A stretch of DNA of 64,000 nucleotides from Candidatus Nanohalarchaeota archaeon (GTDB lineage: Archaea > Nanohalarchaeota > Nanosalinia > Nanosalinales > JAFCCC01). The DNA is taken from NCBI GenBank assembly GCA_017610385.1, contig JAFCCC010000003.1, positions 1 to 64,000 of the forward strand, given 5' to 3'. Made by a program: the position numbers and the translations under genes. Shown piece after piece: positions 38,363-49,945 of this stretch. The notes beneath the pieces were generated by a model, which was not told the DNA's origin, did no database searches, and saw only the letters and a program-made list of their open reading frames with translations. Position 1 is the stretch's first letter. The number at the start of each line of letters is the position of its first letter.

Positions 38363-38665
38363 TTAGCTATCGTTTTTTAATTTATCTTGCAATTGTTTTT
38401 CTCTTAATTCAAGTGATTTGATTTTAGAATCAAAATCTTCTACTTGATCTTTTAGTTCTTTAGATATTTCTATATAATTCTTTTTAATTATTAACATTCC
38501 TATTGCTTTGTAGATTTCATCTTTTTCTTTTATAGAATTTAAAGATTCCTCTAATTCTGCTTTTTGGACTTTCAAATTTTCTTTTTGTAATAGAATGTTT
38601 TGTACTTGTTGATTTAATAGCTGAATATGCATTGTTTTTTGTTCGTCATTTTTCATTTTAATCAA
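38363..38665 (-). CDS. pfdB: Prefoldin beta subunit
   Basis: Coiled coil with IYKAIGMLIIK hairpin; conserved position in the exosome superoperon. Confidence 0.85.
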   Translation of the reverse strand: MIKMKNDEQKTMHIQLLNQQVQNILLQKENLKVQKAELEESLNSIKEKDEIYKAIGMLIIKKNYIEISKELKDQVEDFDSKIKSLELREKQLQDKLKNDS

Positions 38666-38867
38666 ATTCCATAATTTTTGAGCTCATTTTTGCTAATCTA
38701 ATTGCCGTGTTAACATATGCCCGTAACAAGGAAAGAGTTTCACTTTTAGTTTCTATTATAATTTTATTTTTTTTAACTGTGATTCTATGTGATTCTAAAC
38801 TTGGTTGAATTGCCTTTGCAATTTGCCCAGCATTTTTCACATCTAATTCTATTTTAGCAATATGCAT
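38658..38867 (-). CDS. pcc1: KEOPS complex Pcc1-like subunit
   Basis: LRAYVNT..RL motif; lies between rpoP and pfdB. Confidence 0.8.
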   Translation of the reverse strand: MHIAKIELDVKNAGQIAKAIQPSLESHRITVKKNKIIIETKSETLSLLRAYVNTAIRLAKMSSKIMEFD

Positions 38868-38869
38868 AA

Positions 38870-39010
38870 TTATCTTGCTTTAATTGTTTTAGCTATTTCA
38901 GGTCTTTTTTTAAGTAATATTCTTCCTGAACAGTTTGGGCAAATTATTCGATCCACCTTCGGATCAATTTCGATTTCTTTTTCACATTTCGCACAAATAT
39001 ATCCTGCCAT
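38870..39010 (-). CDS. rpoP: DNA-directed RNA polymerase subunit P (Rpo12), not in the ORF track
   Basis: Translated by hand: MAGYICAKCEKEIEIDPKVDRIICPNCSGRILLKKRPEIAKTIKAR. Confidence 0.92.
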   Translation of the reverse strand: MAGYICAKCEKEIEIDPKVDRIICPNCSGRILLKKRPEIAKTIKAR

Positions 39011-39011
39011 T

Positions 39012-39260
39012 TTATGCCTCCCTATGTAATCTAGCTAGTAATTTTTCTGAACCAGTATCCACCTGATATGCCCCGCCAATCATTTTGGCACCACAAGACT
39101 TACAAATCCAAATGCCTGCAGCATATCTTTTAAACGCCAACTTTCCGCATTTTGGACATTTCTTTTTTGAGTTCTGTAACTTACTTACCGTAATAACAGC
39201 ATCTCTAACTTTTTTCCCATACTTAGATCCAAACCGTCCAGCACCTTTCTTTTTTGCCAT
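39012..39260 (-). CDS. rpl37ae: 50S ribosomal protein L37Ae
   Basis: AGRFGSKYG, CPKCG...R.AAGIW.C..CG...GGAY. Confidence 0.95.
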   Translation of the reverse strand: MAKKKGAGRFGSKYGKKVRDAVITVSKLQNSKKKCPKCGKLAFKRYAAGIWICKSCGAKMIGGAYQVDTGSEKLLARLHREA

Positions 39261-39264
39261 AATC

Positions 39265-40062
39265 TCACTTATCAATCTTTATGTTTTTAAGTTTTTTCCT
39301 TATTATCTTGCTCTGATCTGAACTTTTTTTCATTAAATCTAGAATTTCATCTTTCGTTATTGGCTCAGAACCACCCTTTTGCATTGCACAAATATTTCCG
39401 TTTTCTTTAAATGCAAAGGTTAATCTTGAGTCCACAAGTTCTTCTTCCTCTGCATTAGGATCAAAAACTATTTTTCCACTAATTTTTCTCGCAGTAATTG
39501 AAATTGGAACTTCATTTAACTCTAGTTTTCCAGAATACTTTTCGAAATCGATTTTTTCCGTTTTTAAATCATATGTTGGAATTTTAGTATTCATTAATGC
39601 TACAACAGCACCCAGTGCTGCGGCATCAAAGAGATTTCCGTCATAATCTAATATCTGAATATCTAAAAATACCAGCCAAACTGCTTCGCGTTCTTTAATA
39701 CATAGAGCTTTTGTATTAATCATTTTTGATTCTCTAATGCCTCTATCAACAACACGAGCTAATTCAATTGCTGCTTCTCTTGGTGGCCCAGATTCAAATT
39801 CTGGAGCCGCAATAGGAGATAACTCCGCACCAGTCATTAATACTCCTTCATCAGGACTGTCTTGATATGGTTTACCAACACCCATTTTTACCCCAACCAA
39901 AACCTTTGTTTTTCCTATTTTTACTAGTGCACAACCTTCTGGATTTTTGTTAATATAATTCGGAATAATTTCAATATCTCTAAATTCCTCTAATTTTCTG
40001 CCATCTAATCTTATTCCTTTTTGAATGGAATTGATAATAACACTTTTATTTATCTTCATCAT
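39265..40062 (-). CDS. rrp42: Exosome subunit Rrp42
   Basis: RLDGRK..EFR, GPP...AIELARVVDRGIRES, DGNLFDA, AMQKGG. Confidence 0.95.
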   Translation of the reverse strand: MMKINKSVIINSIQKGIRLDGRKLEEFRDIEIIPNYINKNPEGCALVKIGKTKVLVGVKMGVGKPYQDSPDEGVLMTGAELSPIAAPEFESGPPREAAIELARVVDRGIRESKMINTKALCIKEREAVWLVFLDIQILDYDGNLFDAAALGAVVALMNTKIPTYDLKTEKIDFEKYSGKLELNEVPISITARKISGKIVFDPNAEEEELVDSRLTFAFKENGNICAMQKGGSEPITKDEILDLMKKSSDQSKIIRKKLKNIKIDK

Positions 40063-40787
40063 TTTTGATCACCTACTTTATACGTATTTTTTAATACGTT
40101 CTTTTGCTGATCGAATAATATCTTACAACCTTTCTGCGCGAGATCTAAAGCGGGTTTCATTTCTTTTTGATTAAGATCCCCATCCAGTTGTAATAAGGTA
40201 ATTTCGTCGCCTCCGTTTATCATCGCAATCGGAAAATCAGCACCACCATAAGAATCTTCTGCTCCCGCAACATCTAAAATTAATTTATCCTGAATTTTAC
40301 CAACTGCGCAAGCAGAAATTAAACCTTTCATTGGAATTCCTGCATCAGCTAATGCTAATGATGCTGCAGTTAATCCAGTTACTCTTGTAGATGCATTTGC
40401 TTGTATAACTTCAATTTCAATTTGAATATCTGCTCTTGGAAATTCTTCTAAAAATATAATTGGTTCCAATGCTTTTTTAATTACCAATCCGATTTCAATT
40501 GATCTTCTGTTTGGTCCTGGTCTGCACCTATCTGTTGTTGAAAATGGCAACATTTGATACCTAACACTTAAAACCGCTTTTTTAGGTTGTTGTCTGTGTT
40601 GAGGATGTAATTTAGTTGGTCCGTAAACCGCGGCTATAACCTTTGTTTCTCCTAGTTCAATTGCTGCTGAACCATCTGCCCGGTCTAAAACCCCTAGTTC
40701 CATTTTTAATGGTCTCATTTCTTCCATATCGCGACCATCTAGTCTTTTTCCATTTTTTATTAATTTAATATCTAATCCCTTTGCCAT
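40059..40787 (-). CDS. rrp41: Exosome subunit Rrp41
   Basis: RLDGR..EEMRP, ADGSA, VYGP, RRSIEI, LADAGIPM. Confidence 0.95.
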   Translation of the reverse strand: MAKGLDIKLIKNGKRLDGRDMEEMRPLKMELGVLDRADGSAAIELGETKVIAAVYGPTKLHPQHRQQPKKAVLSVRYQMLPFSTTDRCRPGPNRRSIEIGLVIKKALEPIIFLEEFPRADIQIEIEVIQANASTRVTGLTAASLALADAGIPMKGLISACAVGKIQDKLILDVAGAEDSYGGADFPIAMINGGDEITLLQLDGDLNQKEMKPALDLAQKGCKILFDQQKNVLKNTYKVGDQK

Positions 40788-41480
40788 TTATTTCACCTTT
40801 TTTGATTCCTCATCTAACCAATGAGTTATTTTATCTGTTAAACCAGAAGTATGTGCTTCAGCTTCAACCTTTTTAATGGCCCGAACTGCCAATTCTTCGT
40901 TATTTCCTTTTAACCACACTCTTCCATTTTGACCCACAATAATTACACAACCAGTCTTGTCTTTTATTGTACCAACCATTGTACCACTTTTACCAATTAA
41001 TCTGGGAACCTTTGTATGAGAAATTTCAATTATTCGTCCTCCAATTAACTTCTTGGCTCTTCTATCTTTCATAGTTAATTGAACATCTTTCGTTTGTGTT
41101 ACTTTTTTAATTTTTACAACAATCGTGTCGTCTATATCGTAGAAATCCTCTAAAGATTTCTCATTTAAATCAATAAACTCTTCAGTTCCCTCACTCAATG
41201 GCAAAATTCCTTCATATGGTGAATTTAAATCCACCTGCCAAATCGCGTGAGATACCCTACTAATGTAACCAATAACAAAATCATTCTCTCGTGGAATGTA
41301 TTTCCCTTTTAACGGAATTACTCTTACTAATCTATTATTCTTAAATTCTGCGACTCCCAAATATTTGGAGACAATTTTTTTATCATTTCTATAAGTTCCT
41401 GGTCCCGGCAAATAATCCATTCCCTCGAATAGAGCTTCACCAGGTATAACCAAACTTTTATCTTTTACTAATTCTGACAT
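40788..41480 (-). CDS. rrp4: Exosome RNA-binding subunit Rrp4
   Basis: VIPGE, YIP..D.VIG S1 domain, VPRLIGK.G KH domain, VGQNGRVW. Confidence 0.95.
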   Translation of the reverse strand: MSELVKDKSLVIPGEALFEGMDYLPGPGTYRNDKKIVSKYLGVAEFKNNRLVRVIPLKGKYIPRENDFVIGYISRVSHAIWQVDLNSPYEGILPLSEGTEEFIDLNEKSLEDFYDIDDTIVVKIKKVTQTKDVQLTMKDRRAKKLIGGRIIEISHTKVPRLIGKSGTMVGTIKDKTGCVIIVGQNGRVWLKGNNEELAVRAIKKVEAEAHTSGLTDKITHWLDEESKKVK

Positions 41481-41660
41481 ATTATCACTTTATTAAGAAT
41501 CGAGGTTACCTAAAATCATTCTTTATCAACGGTCTGAACTCAATTCTATTTTTCCTTTTTCACTTACTACTAAGAATCGAAAGCTTTATTAACGTAACGG
41601 CCAGCTTCGTTGATGTGCTTGTTGAAGTAATTTATAGTTTATTTTATTTTGTATGTGTAT

Positions 41661-42010
41661 AAGTGAGGGGACTTTCGAAGGGCTGTTACCTAACAGCTGA
41701 AATGCCAGCTGGCACCAACAGCGAGTTAACTGAATGTTAACTCACTTCACTTTTTGCATAATTAAATAAAGAGTGCTTTATAAAGTGCGTATAGCCTAAA
41801 GCGTTGATTAACTTGACCGGAAAATATAATTTAAGGTTAAGTTAGCCCAATCACGTTAATCAATTAACCGGTTTCGCGGTTAATTTTGCTTGAGCTTTTA
41901 CTAAAAAGCTCACGCGTTAACCGATTTCCCGGTTACTTTTGTGAAGGGAACTTCTGAAGGAACGTCGCATAAAGTGCTGCCTGATTTTGCAGGCATCCGA
42001 GCGCTCGGAG
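41661..42010. repeat. Structured intergenic region with repeat families A and B
   Basis: Many hairpins; 41941-42003 matches 63905-63967 at 46/63; 41739-41755 is identical to 63879-63895; family A unit at about 41885-41912. Confidence 0.6.
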
Positions 42011-42051
42011 TTAAACACAACTTTAATAGAATATACTTCTAAAAATTATTT

Positions 42052-43758
42052 ATGAAATATTCTAAATTAGCTAAAATTTATGAAAAATTAGAAAGTAATG
42101 GTTCAAGTTTAAAGAAAACAGAAATATTAGCTAATTTTTTAAAAGATAAGAATGCGGAAGTTTTAGATAAATTAATTCTTTTAGCAATGGGACGACCTTT
42201 TCCAGAATGGAGTGAACTTGATTTAGGAATTGCAGCTCAATTAATGATTGAAGCAATTTCAAAGGTAAGCGGTATTTCTAAAAAAAAGCTTAATAATTAC
42301 TGGAGGGAACAAGGAGACTTAGGTTTAGTCGCTGAAAAAGTTTTACAAAATAAAACTCAAAGAACCTTATTTTCCCGGTCTTTAAACATTGAAGAAGTTC
42401 ACAGAAATTTTCAAAAAATTGCAGTAACAGAAGGTTTAAATTCACAATCTCGAAAAATTGCATACATTTCAGAGTTGTTGGCCAATGCAGAACCCTATGA
42501 AGCAAAATATCTTGTAAGAACGATTTTACAAACTCTACGAATTGGTGTAGGTTCGGGAGTTGTTCGAGATGCCATTGTACAGGCATTTGATGTTGAAAAG
42601 GATTTAGTTGAAAGAGCCCACGAGGTTAGTAATGATTTTTCGAAAGTGGCAGTAATTGCAAAAGAAAAAGGAAATGAGGGATTAAAAAAAGTCAAAATGG
42701 AGCTTTTTAAGCCGGTTAGATCCATGGATGCTCAAAAAGTTAGAGATGTAGAAGAAGGATTCAAACGCGTTCAGAATAAAGATGGATTTTTGGTTGTAGA
42801 ACATAAATTAGATGGAATGCGTTGCCAAATACATAAAAACAAAGATAAAATACGTATATTTACAAGACGCCTGGAAAATGTTACAAAACAGTTCCCAGAA
42901 ATTACTAACTTTATTAGAGATCATGTTTCTGCTGAAAAATGTATTATAGATTCAGAACTTACTGCGTATGATCCACAAACAGGGAATAACTTGCCTTTTC
43001 AAGAACTCTCAAAGCGCATTAAAAGAAAATATGATATTGAATTAATAGTAAAAGCGATTCCCGTTTTTATCAACGCATTTGATCTCTTATTCTTAAATGG
43101 AAAAAATTTGATTACGAAACCATACAAAAAGAGATGGAATGAATTAAACGAGATTGTTGAAGAAAAAGAAAAAGAATTTGTTTTAGTTACTCATTTAGAA
43201 ACAGATAAGCCCGAAAACGTTAAAAAATTTTACAAAAGATCTTTAGAACTTAAAAATGAGGGTATTATGTTCAAAAATCTAGATGCAGAGTATAAGCCTG
43301 GTTCTAGAGTTGGTCATATGGTTAAATTAAAGCCGATTATGGAAACATTGGATTTAATAATAGTTGAAGCCGAATGGGGTGAAGGAAAACGATCTAATTG
43401 GCTATCTTCTTTTAAATTAGCGTGTCAGAATGAAACAGGAACCCCCGTAACTATTGGTAAAATGGCTACCGGATTGACAGAAGAACAATTTAGTGAAATA
43501 ACAGAAAAACTAAAACCGCTAATTCTTGAAGAAAGTGGTCGAACAGTTAAGTTAAAACCTCAAATTGTGTTAGAGGTGGCTTATGAAGAGATTCAAAGAA
43601 GTCCAACTTATGAATCGAGGTTTGCATTGAGATTTCCTCGGTTAGTACAATTCAGAGACGATCTAAGCCCAGAAGAGATAGATGACATTAAAAAAGTGAA
43701 AAATTTGTATGATGCACAGAAGCAACACAGAAGTATGGGGGTTAAGAAACGCATTTAA
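42052..43758 (+). CDS. lig: ATP-dependent DNA ligase
   Basis: EHKLDGMR (KxDG), EGIMFK, VKLK, ALRFPR. Confidence 0.96.
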   Translation: MKYSKLAKIYEKLESNGSSLKKTEILANFLKDKNAEVLDKLILLAMGRPFPEWSELDLGIAAQLMIEAISKVSGISKKKLNNYWREQGDLGLVAEKVLQNKTQRTLFSRSLNIEEVHRNFQKIAVTEGLNSQSRKIAYISELLANAEPYEAKYLVRTILQTLRIGVGSGVVRDAIVQAFDVEKDLVERAHEVSNDFSKVAVIAKEKGNEGLKKVKMELFKPVRSMDAQKVRDVEEGFKRVQNKDGFLVVEHKLDGMRCQIHKNKDKIRIFTRRLENVTKQFPEITNFIRDHVSAEKCIIDSELTAYDPQTGNNLPFQELSKRIKRKYDIELIVKAIPVFINAFDLLFLNGKNLITKPYKKRWNELNEIVEEKEKEFVLVTHLETDKPENVKKFYKRSLELKNEGIMFKNLDAEYKPGSRVGHMVKLKPIMETLDLIIVEAEWGEGKRSNWLSSFKLACQNETGTPVTIGKMATGLTEEQFSEITEKLKPLILEESGRTVKLKPQIVLEVAYEEIQRSPTYESRFALRFPRLVQFRDDLSPEEIDDIKKVKNLYDAQKQHRSMGVKKRI

Positions 43759-43891
43759 AACTAAAAAGTAATAATATCAAAAGAACTAATTAATAATACA
43801 AGACATAGGAAAGGTTTATATCTAATGAATAACTTATTTTAATTAGGTCGAAACAGTAATAACGCTAAAAAATTTTTTGGTGAAATAAAAA

Positions 43892-44704
43892 ATGGTCGCT
43901 TCAAAAGAAACATTAGATGCATTAGGGTCCATTGGACTAAATATGTATCAAAGGAAGATTTATTCTGCCCTTTTAAGTCGGGGTGTTTCAACTGCAGGAG
44001 AATTAAGTGAAATGACTGGTGTTCCTAGGTCCAGATCCTATGATGTTCTAGAATCTCTGGCCGATATGGGCTTTGCAATTTTAAAACCATCTAAACCTAG
44101 AGAATATGTCGCAATTCCACCTTATGAAGCTTTGGAGAATGTAAAGGAACTACAAAAAGGAAAATTAAAAGATAAATTGGCTAAGATCGAAAAATTGAGA
44201 AACAGCGAAGCTGTTCAGGAGTTAAACATTTTATATAATGAAGGAGTCAGTTTAGTGGATCCAGCAGATCTGTCTGGTGCTTTGAAAGGGCGTTATAATC
44301 TCTATCAGCATTTAGGAAATCTAATTAAGTCTGCTGAACAAGAAGTTAAATTGCTTACAACCGAAACCGGATTAAAAGAATTAGCAGAGAATTATTCAGA
44401 TATTCTGAGTAAAGCAAAAGCAAGAGGGGTACGTATTAAAATTATTGCGCCGATTACATCGGAAAATAAAGAATCCTATTTAACTCTCAAAGACTTTGCG
44501 GATGTAAGATTACCTGAAAGAGAAAATTTAAGTAGAATCTCTATTATAGATGGAAAAAGAACAACAATGGCTTTAACACATGAGAAAGTACATCCAACTC
44601 AAGATACAGCTTTTTGGACAGATTCTTCTCATCTAGCTTCAGGAACCCTAAATCCACTATTTGATATGCTTTGGAATTCTGGAAAGATCCCTGAAAAACC
44701 TTAA
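43892..44704 (+). CDS. TrmB-family transcriptional regulator
   Basis: TAGELSEMTGVPRSRSYDVLESL wHTH plus effector domain. Confidence 0.9.
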   Translation: MVASKETLDALGSIGLNMYQRKIYSALLSRGVSTAGELSEMTGVPRSRSYDVLESLADMGFAILKPSKPREYVAIPPYEALENVKELQKGKLKDKLAKIEKLRNSEAVQELNILYNEGVSLVDPADLSGALKGRYNLYQHLGNLIKSAEQEVKLLTTETGLKELAENYSDILSKAKARGVRIKIIAPITSENKESYLTLKDFADVRLPERENLSRISIIDGKRTTMALTHEKVHPTQDTAFWTDSSHLASGTLNPLFDMLWNSGKIPEKP

Positions 44705-44839
44705 AAAGTTTTCGGGGGAAACTATTTTATTCTAATTACCTAAATCAGACTAAAATTGATTATTTCAGTTTTAGAACTCAATCTAAAAACGAGTTTATTT
44801 TAATAGCTCAAATCAAATTATATTTCCTAGAGTGATTTC

Positions 44840-45862
44840 ATGTTAACACAAAAACAAATAATTCAGATTAGAGCGTTATTGGAAAAAGCAAAAACCCCAT
44901 TTTATTTTTTCGATGGGGATCCTGATGGACTATGTTCTTTTCTATTACTAATGAAAAAATATGAGAAAGGGGATTTTGAATGTGCAAATTTTCCTGTTGA
45001 TGATGAAAGACCTTATTTGGAAAAATCAAAGGAAATCTATTCTGATCTTATTGTTATTCTAGATCGTGCGTATATGACTCAAAAGGCAATTAATTCATTC
45101 AGAACAAAAGTTCTGTGGATTGATCATCATCCACCACTTAAACGAAATAATGTATTTTATTTTAATTCGCGTTTAAATAGAAAAGAAGTTCCGACAACGT
45201 ATATGGCATATCAAATTACTAGAGAAAATGAATGGTTGGCCACTGTGGGTACTATTGCAGATTATCATCTTCCAGCCTTTTCTAATAATTTTTCCAGACA
45301 ATATCCTGAAATTCTTCCAAAAAAGATTATTAATCTCGATGAAATCTTGTTCGATACGAAAATGGGCCAATTAATTGATGTATTTAATTTTAATTTGCAT
45401 GGCGCGGAAAATTCCATAAGAAAAAATGTGAATTATCTCTTAAAAATTAAAGATCCCTTGGAAATTTTAGAACAGAAAAATAAAGCAGGGAAATTACTTT
45501 ACAAAAATTATCAAAAGTTAAATAAAAAATATCAAAGACTCTTGAAACTGGCTTTGAAAGAAGAAAATGAAAAATTTATGTTTTTTACATACTCTGGAAA
45601 AGTTGGATTTACTGGAAAATTGAGTATGGAACTAATGTATAGAAAAGATCCAGAAGTGTCTATAGTCGCTAAAGAAGAAAAAGATTCTAATATAATTTCT
45701 ATGAGCCTGAGATCTAGGACTAAAGATGTATCCAAATTGTTAAAACAAGCTTTAGTTGGTTTAGAAGGAGGAGGAGGGGGTCACGAGCATGCTTGTGGCG
45801 CACATATTAAAAAAGAAGATTTTGAGAAGTTTATTAATACTTTTAGAGAGCTTGTTTCGTAA
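44840..45862 (+). CDS. DHH/DHHA1 phosphoesterase (RecJ/NrnA-like)
   Basis: DGDPDG, ILD, IDHH, SLRS, GGGHEHACG. Confidence 0.9.
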   Translation: MLTQKQIIQIRALLEKAKTPFYFFDGDPDGLCSFLLLMKKYEKGDFECANFPVDDERPYLEKSKEIYSDLIVILDRAYMTQKAINSFRTKVLWIDHHPPLKRNNVFYFNSRLNRKEVPTTYMAYQITRENEWLATVGTIADYHLPAFSNNFSRQYPEILPKKIINLDEILFDTKMGQLIDVFNFNLHGAENSIRKNVNYLLKIKDPLEILEQKNKAGKLLYKNYQKLNKKYQRLLKLALKEENEKFMFFTYSGKVGFTGKLSMELMYRKDPEVSIVAKEEKDSNIISMSLRSRTKDVSKLLKQALVGLEGGGGGHEHACGAHIKKEDFEKFINTFRELVS

Positions 45863-45897
45863 AAAGTTATATAAACAAAATCAGACAAAAGTAAACT

Positions 45898-46437
45898 ATG
45901 ATAAAATGGTCTAAAGCAATATTATTGGAACTTGTTCTGTATATTTTATTTTTTGTTGAGATGGTTTTGATAAGTTTAATTGGACTTACAGTTACAGGCT
46001 ATATAATTGTATATTTAGCAATTTCGCCATTAATTGTCTTGTTTTGTGCCCACAGTTATTTTAATAACCGTAAATTCAATATCCAAGAAGCCTTTTACTT
46101 AGGACTTTTCTGGGCAATTAGTACATTACTTTTAGATTCTTTGTTTACTACGATGGTATTTAAATTGCCACTAATTTATGAATTTTTAAGTTGGGTTATC
46201 TGGTTCTCCTTATTTGAAATTTTAATATTCACCACATTTTCAGGTTCTTTGATGAAAGAAGTAATTCGAGATATTCATGCAGTTAAGGAAAAACCTTCAA
46301 AGAAAACAGTTGTTAAAAAACAGATTCGAAGAACAATTAAAAAACCTGCGAAAAAGACAATCGCAAAGAAAACCAAATCTAAATCAAATTCTGTTAAAAA
46401 ACCTGCGAAAAAGAATAAATCAACAAAGAAAAAATAA
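45898..46437 (+). CDS. Membrane protein with Lys-rich tail
   Basis: Four TM segments followed by KKPAKK repeats. Confidence 0.7.
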   Translation: MIKWSKAILLELVLYILFFVEMVLISLIGLTVTGYIIVYLAISPLIVLFCAHSYFNNRKFNIQEAFYLGLFWAISTLLLDSLFTTMVFKLPLIYEFLSWVIWFSLFEILIFTTFSGSLMKEVIRDIHAVKEKPSKKTVVKKQIRRTIKKPAKKTIAKKTKSKSNSVKKPAKKNKSTKKK

Positions 46438-46438
46438 A

Positions 46439-46693
46439 TTAATCTACGACAAAGTCGATTTTCAAATGAAATATATGTGGATAATTCGGATTTTGCCTTG
46501 AACCCTTGATTCTTGGATCCTTAACACAGATTCGAATATCTCTTTTCTTTTCTAATAAATAATCTCTGAAACTTTTCCCACCGAAAATTTCTCTATTTAA
46601 AAAATGACCAACAGCTTTTTCAGCTGAAATATCTATAAAGTGAAATCGATGATATTTTCCATAACCATACTCCCAAACTTCAAAATTTTTCAT
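46439..46693 (-). CDS. Hypothetical protein
   Basis: 84-aa ORF whose start overlaps the adk stop (ATGA). Confidence 0.55.
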   Translation of the reverse strand: MKNFEVWEYGYGKYHRFHFIDISAEKAVGHFLNREIFGGKSFRDYLLEKKRDIRICVKDPRIKGSRQNPNYPHIFHLKIDFVVD

Positions 46694-47319
46694 TTTATTT
46701 TATTCACGATTTCTTGAATATCTTTCCAAACCTCCTTAAGTTCTCTATTGGCATCAATCCTTTTCAAAATACTTCTTTTTTCATAGTATTTTATAACTGG
46801 TTTGAGACTTTTATTAAAAACTCTAGTTCTTTTTCTGATAATTTTTGGTCTATCATCCTCTCTTTGAGTTAATTTTTCTCCACATACGTCACAAATACCT
46901 TCTTTTTTTGGAGGTTTTAATTTAATGTGATAGGTGATATCACAGTTTCTACAAATCCATCGGCCAGAAATTCTTTCTATTAATTCTTTTTGATTCACTT
47001 CTAAATAAAGTGCAATATCAATTGCTGTAATTTTCTCTAAAAGTTTAACTTGTTTTAAACTTCGCGGAAATCCGTCTAAAATGAAATTTTGTTTGGCGGC
47101 CCGTTTAATGAATGGTAAAATAAATTCTATGACAATGTAGTCTGGGACTAATATCCCTTTTTTAATGTATTTGTGTGGAGTTCCTTTTTTTGTTTTAGTG
47201 TTCTCATTTTTTCTTAAAATTCCGCCAGTATCAATATATTGCAATTTATATTTTCTACTGATTTTTTCTGCTTGTGTACCTTTACCTGCGCCCGGTGGAC
47301 CTAATAGTACAATTTTCAA
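46690..47319 (-). CDS. adk: Adenylate kinase (bacterial type, zinc lid)
   Basis: GPPGAGKGTQA, LDGFPR, C..C...C..C lid, QREDD. Confidence 0.93.
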   Translation of the reverse strand: MKIVLLGPPGAGKGTQAEKISRKYKLQYIDTGGILRKNENTKTKKGTPHKYIKKGILVPDYIVIEFILPFIKRAAKQNFILDGFPRSLKQVKLLEKITAIDIALYLEVNQKELIERISGRWICRNCDITYHIKLKPPKKEGICDVCGEKLTQREDDRPKIIRKRTRVFNKSLKPVIKYYEKRSILKRIDANRELKEVWKDIQEIVNKIK

Positions 47320-48687
<1,368 letters not shown>

Positions 48688-48750
48688 AATTAATAAAGGT
48701 GTTTCTCTTAATTTATAAGTTAAGCTTGAGTAGAGTAAATTGTGATATAA

Positions 48751-49440
48751 ATGCCTAAATTCCAAGTAATTTTAGATTTAGATAATACTCTTTACCCTTT
48801 TCGGGAGAATTTAACACAACTTATGCAGAAGCATTTTGTAGGAAAGGATTTAATGAAGGATTATGTGCACTCTAAACACTATCTCAACGGATCTTTTTTT
48901 GAGTGGGCATTTAGAACTGGTTATGGAAAATTAAATAAACTTCCTAGTTGGAGTCAAAACTTAAGAGAATTAGGGAATACAAGACTTTTTACTCATGGAA
49001 AGCCATACGACGGTGCGCAAGAATTAACTGACAAAATAAGTTCTTTGGATGGGCTTGTTTTCATTTTAACACACAGAGGCACCATAGATTCTCCAGACAT
49101 TTATTTTGATAATGGATTTGAAAAAACCAAACAATGGCTTGCAAATTATAATATTAAACATCATCGGCTGATTTTTACTCAGAAAAAAGTTGAAACCATG
49201 AGAAAATTGGAACAAGAATATAATTTGCCAATTTTAATTAGTTTAGAAGACGCAAAAGAAAATGCAGTGCAGATGGCTCAAGCAGGATTTACAACTTTGC
49301 TTTTAGAAAAAACTTACAATAATATAAACTCTGACTCTCTTGCTCAAGAGTTAATTTCAAACGGAAAATTAATTCTTGTTAAAGATTTGCATGAAGCCCG
49401 CGAAAAATTAGAAGAAATAGCTCATAAATTCGAAAACTAG
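48751..49440 (+). CDS. HAD-superfamily 5'(3')-nucleotidase-like protein
   Basis: LDLDNTL, ILTHR, T.QWL, LED. Confidence 0.75.
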   Translation: MPKFQVILDLDNTLYPFRENLTQLMQKHFVGKDLMKDYVHSKHYLNGSFFEWAFRTGYGKLNKLPSWSQNLRELGNTRLFTHGKPYDGAQELTDKISSLDGLVFILTHRGTIDSPDIYFDNGFEKTKQWLANYNIKHHRLIFTQKKVETMRKLEQEYNLPILISLEDAKENAVQMAQAGFTTLLLEKTYNNINSDSLAQELISNGKLILVKDLHEAREKLEEIAHKFEN

Positions 49441-49477
49441 GAAAATTAAAAGAAAAAATGAATGAGTTAATTATAAC

Positions 49478-49846
49478 TTATTCTAATAATTTTCTACCTT
49501 CTATATCCCAGAAAGTAATTTCCTCTCCCGCACTTACTTTTTTATCACCTATTTCTAGATCCATCATTTCATAGGTCTTCAGATCCATTACCTGAGCGAC
49601 GGCTCCACTAATAGAAACTACTTGACCAACCTTTTTTACGACATCTGGAGCCATAAATGGTGTGTGGCCTGGTTTTAAAAGATTTCTAGTTCTTTTATCA
49701 AAGAGACCTTCTGCCATAATTCTATATTTTGCATGTCCGTGTTTTCCCGGTGCGGATCTCTCGATTTTCTTGATTTTGCACGGTTCATTTTCCAAAATAA
49801 CATAAGATCCCACCTTTAAATCTCCAATATCTATTTGTGTAGCCAT
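49478..49846 (-). CDS. eif5a: Translation factor aIF5A
   Basis: PGKHGHAK hypusine motif. Confidence 0.95.
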   Translation of the reverse strand: MATQIDIGDLKVGSYVILENEPCKIKKIERSAPGKHGHAKYRIMAEGLFDKRTRNLLKPGHTPFMAPDVVKKVGQVVSISGAVAQVMDLKTYEMMDLEIGDKKVSAGEEITFWDIEGRKLLE

Positions 49847-49945
49847 AATTTCACCTTAATTTACTTTATAATATTTGAAGTATATTTAAAAGAGTTTCTA
49901 TCAGCTCGTATTTGTTTTATATATAAATTTACCTAAATTTAATGA

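Noticed and set aside
41661-41965. RNase P RNA (minus strand GAAAGTCCCCTCAC / GAAGTTCCCTTCAC resemble the P4 5' strand)
   Set aside because: The preceding GAG is missing, I found no matching 3' P4 element, and the motif is multi-copy; better explained as a repeat. An Rfam scan would settle it.
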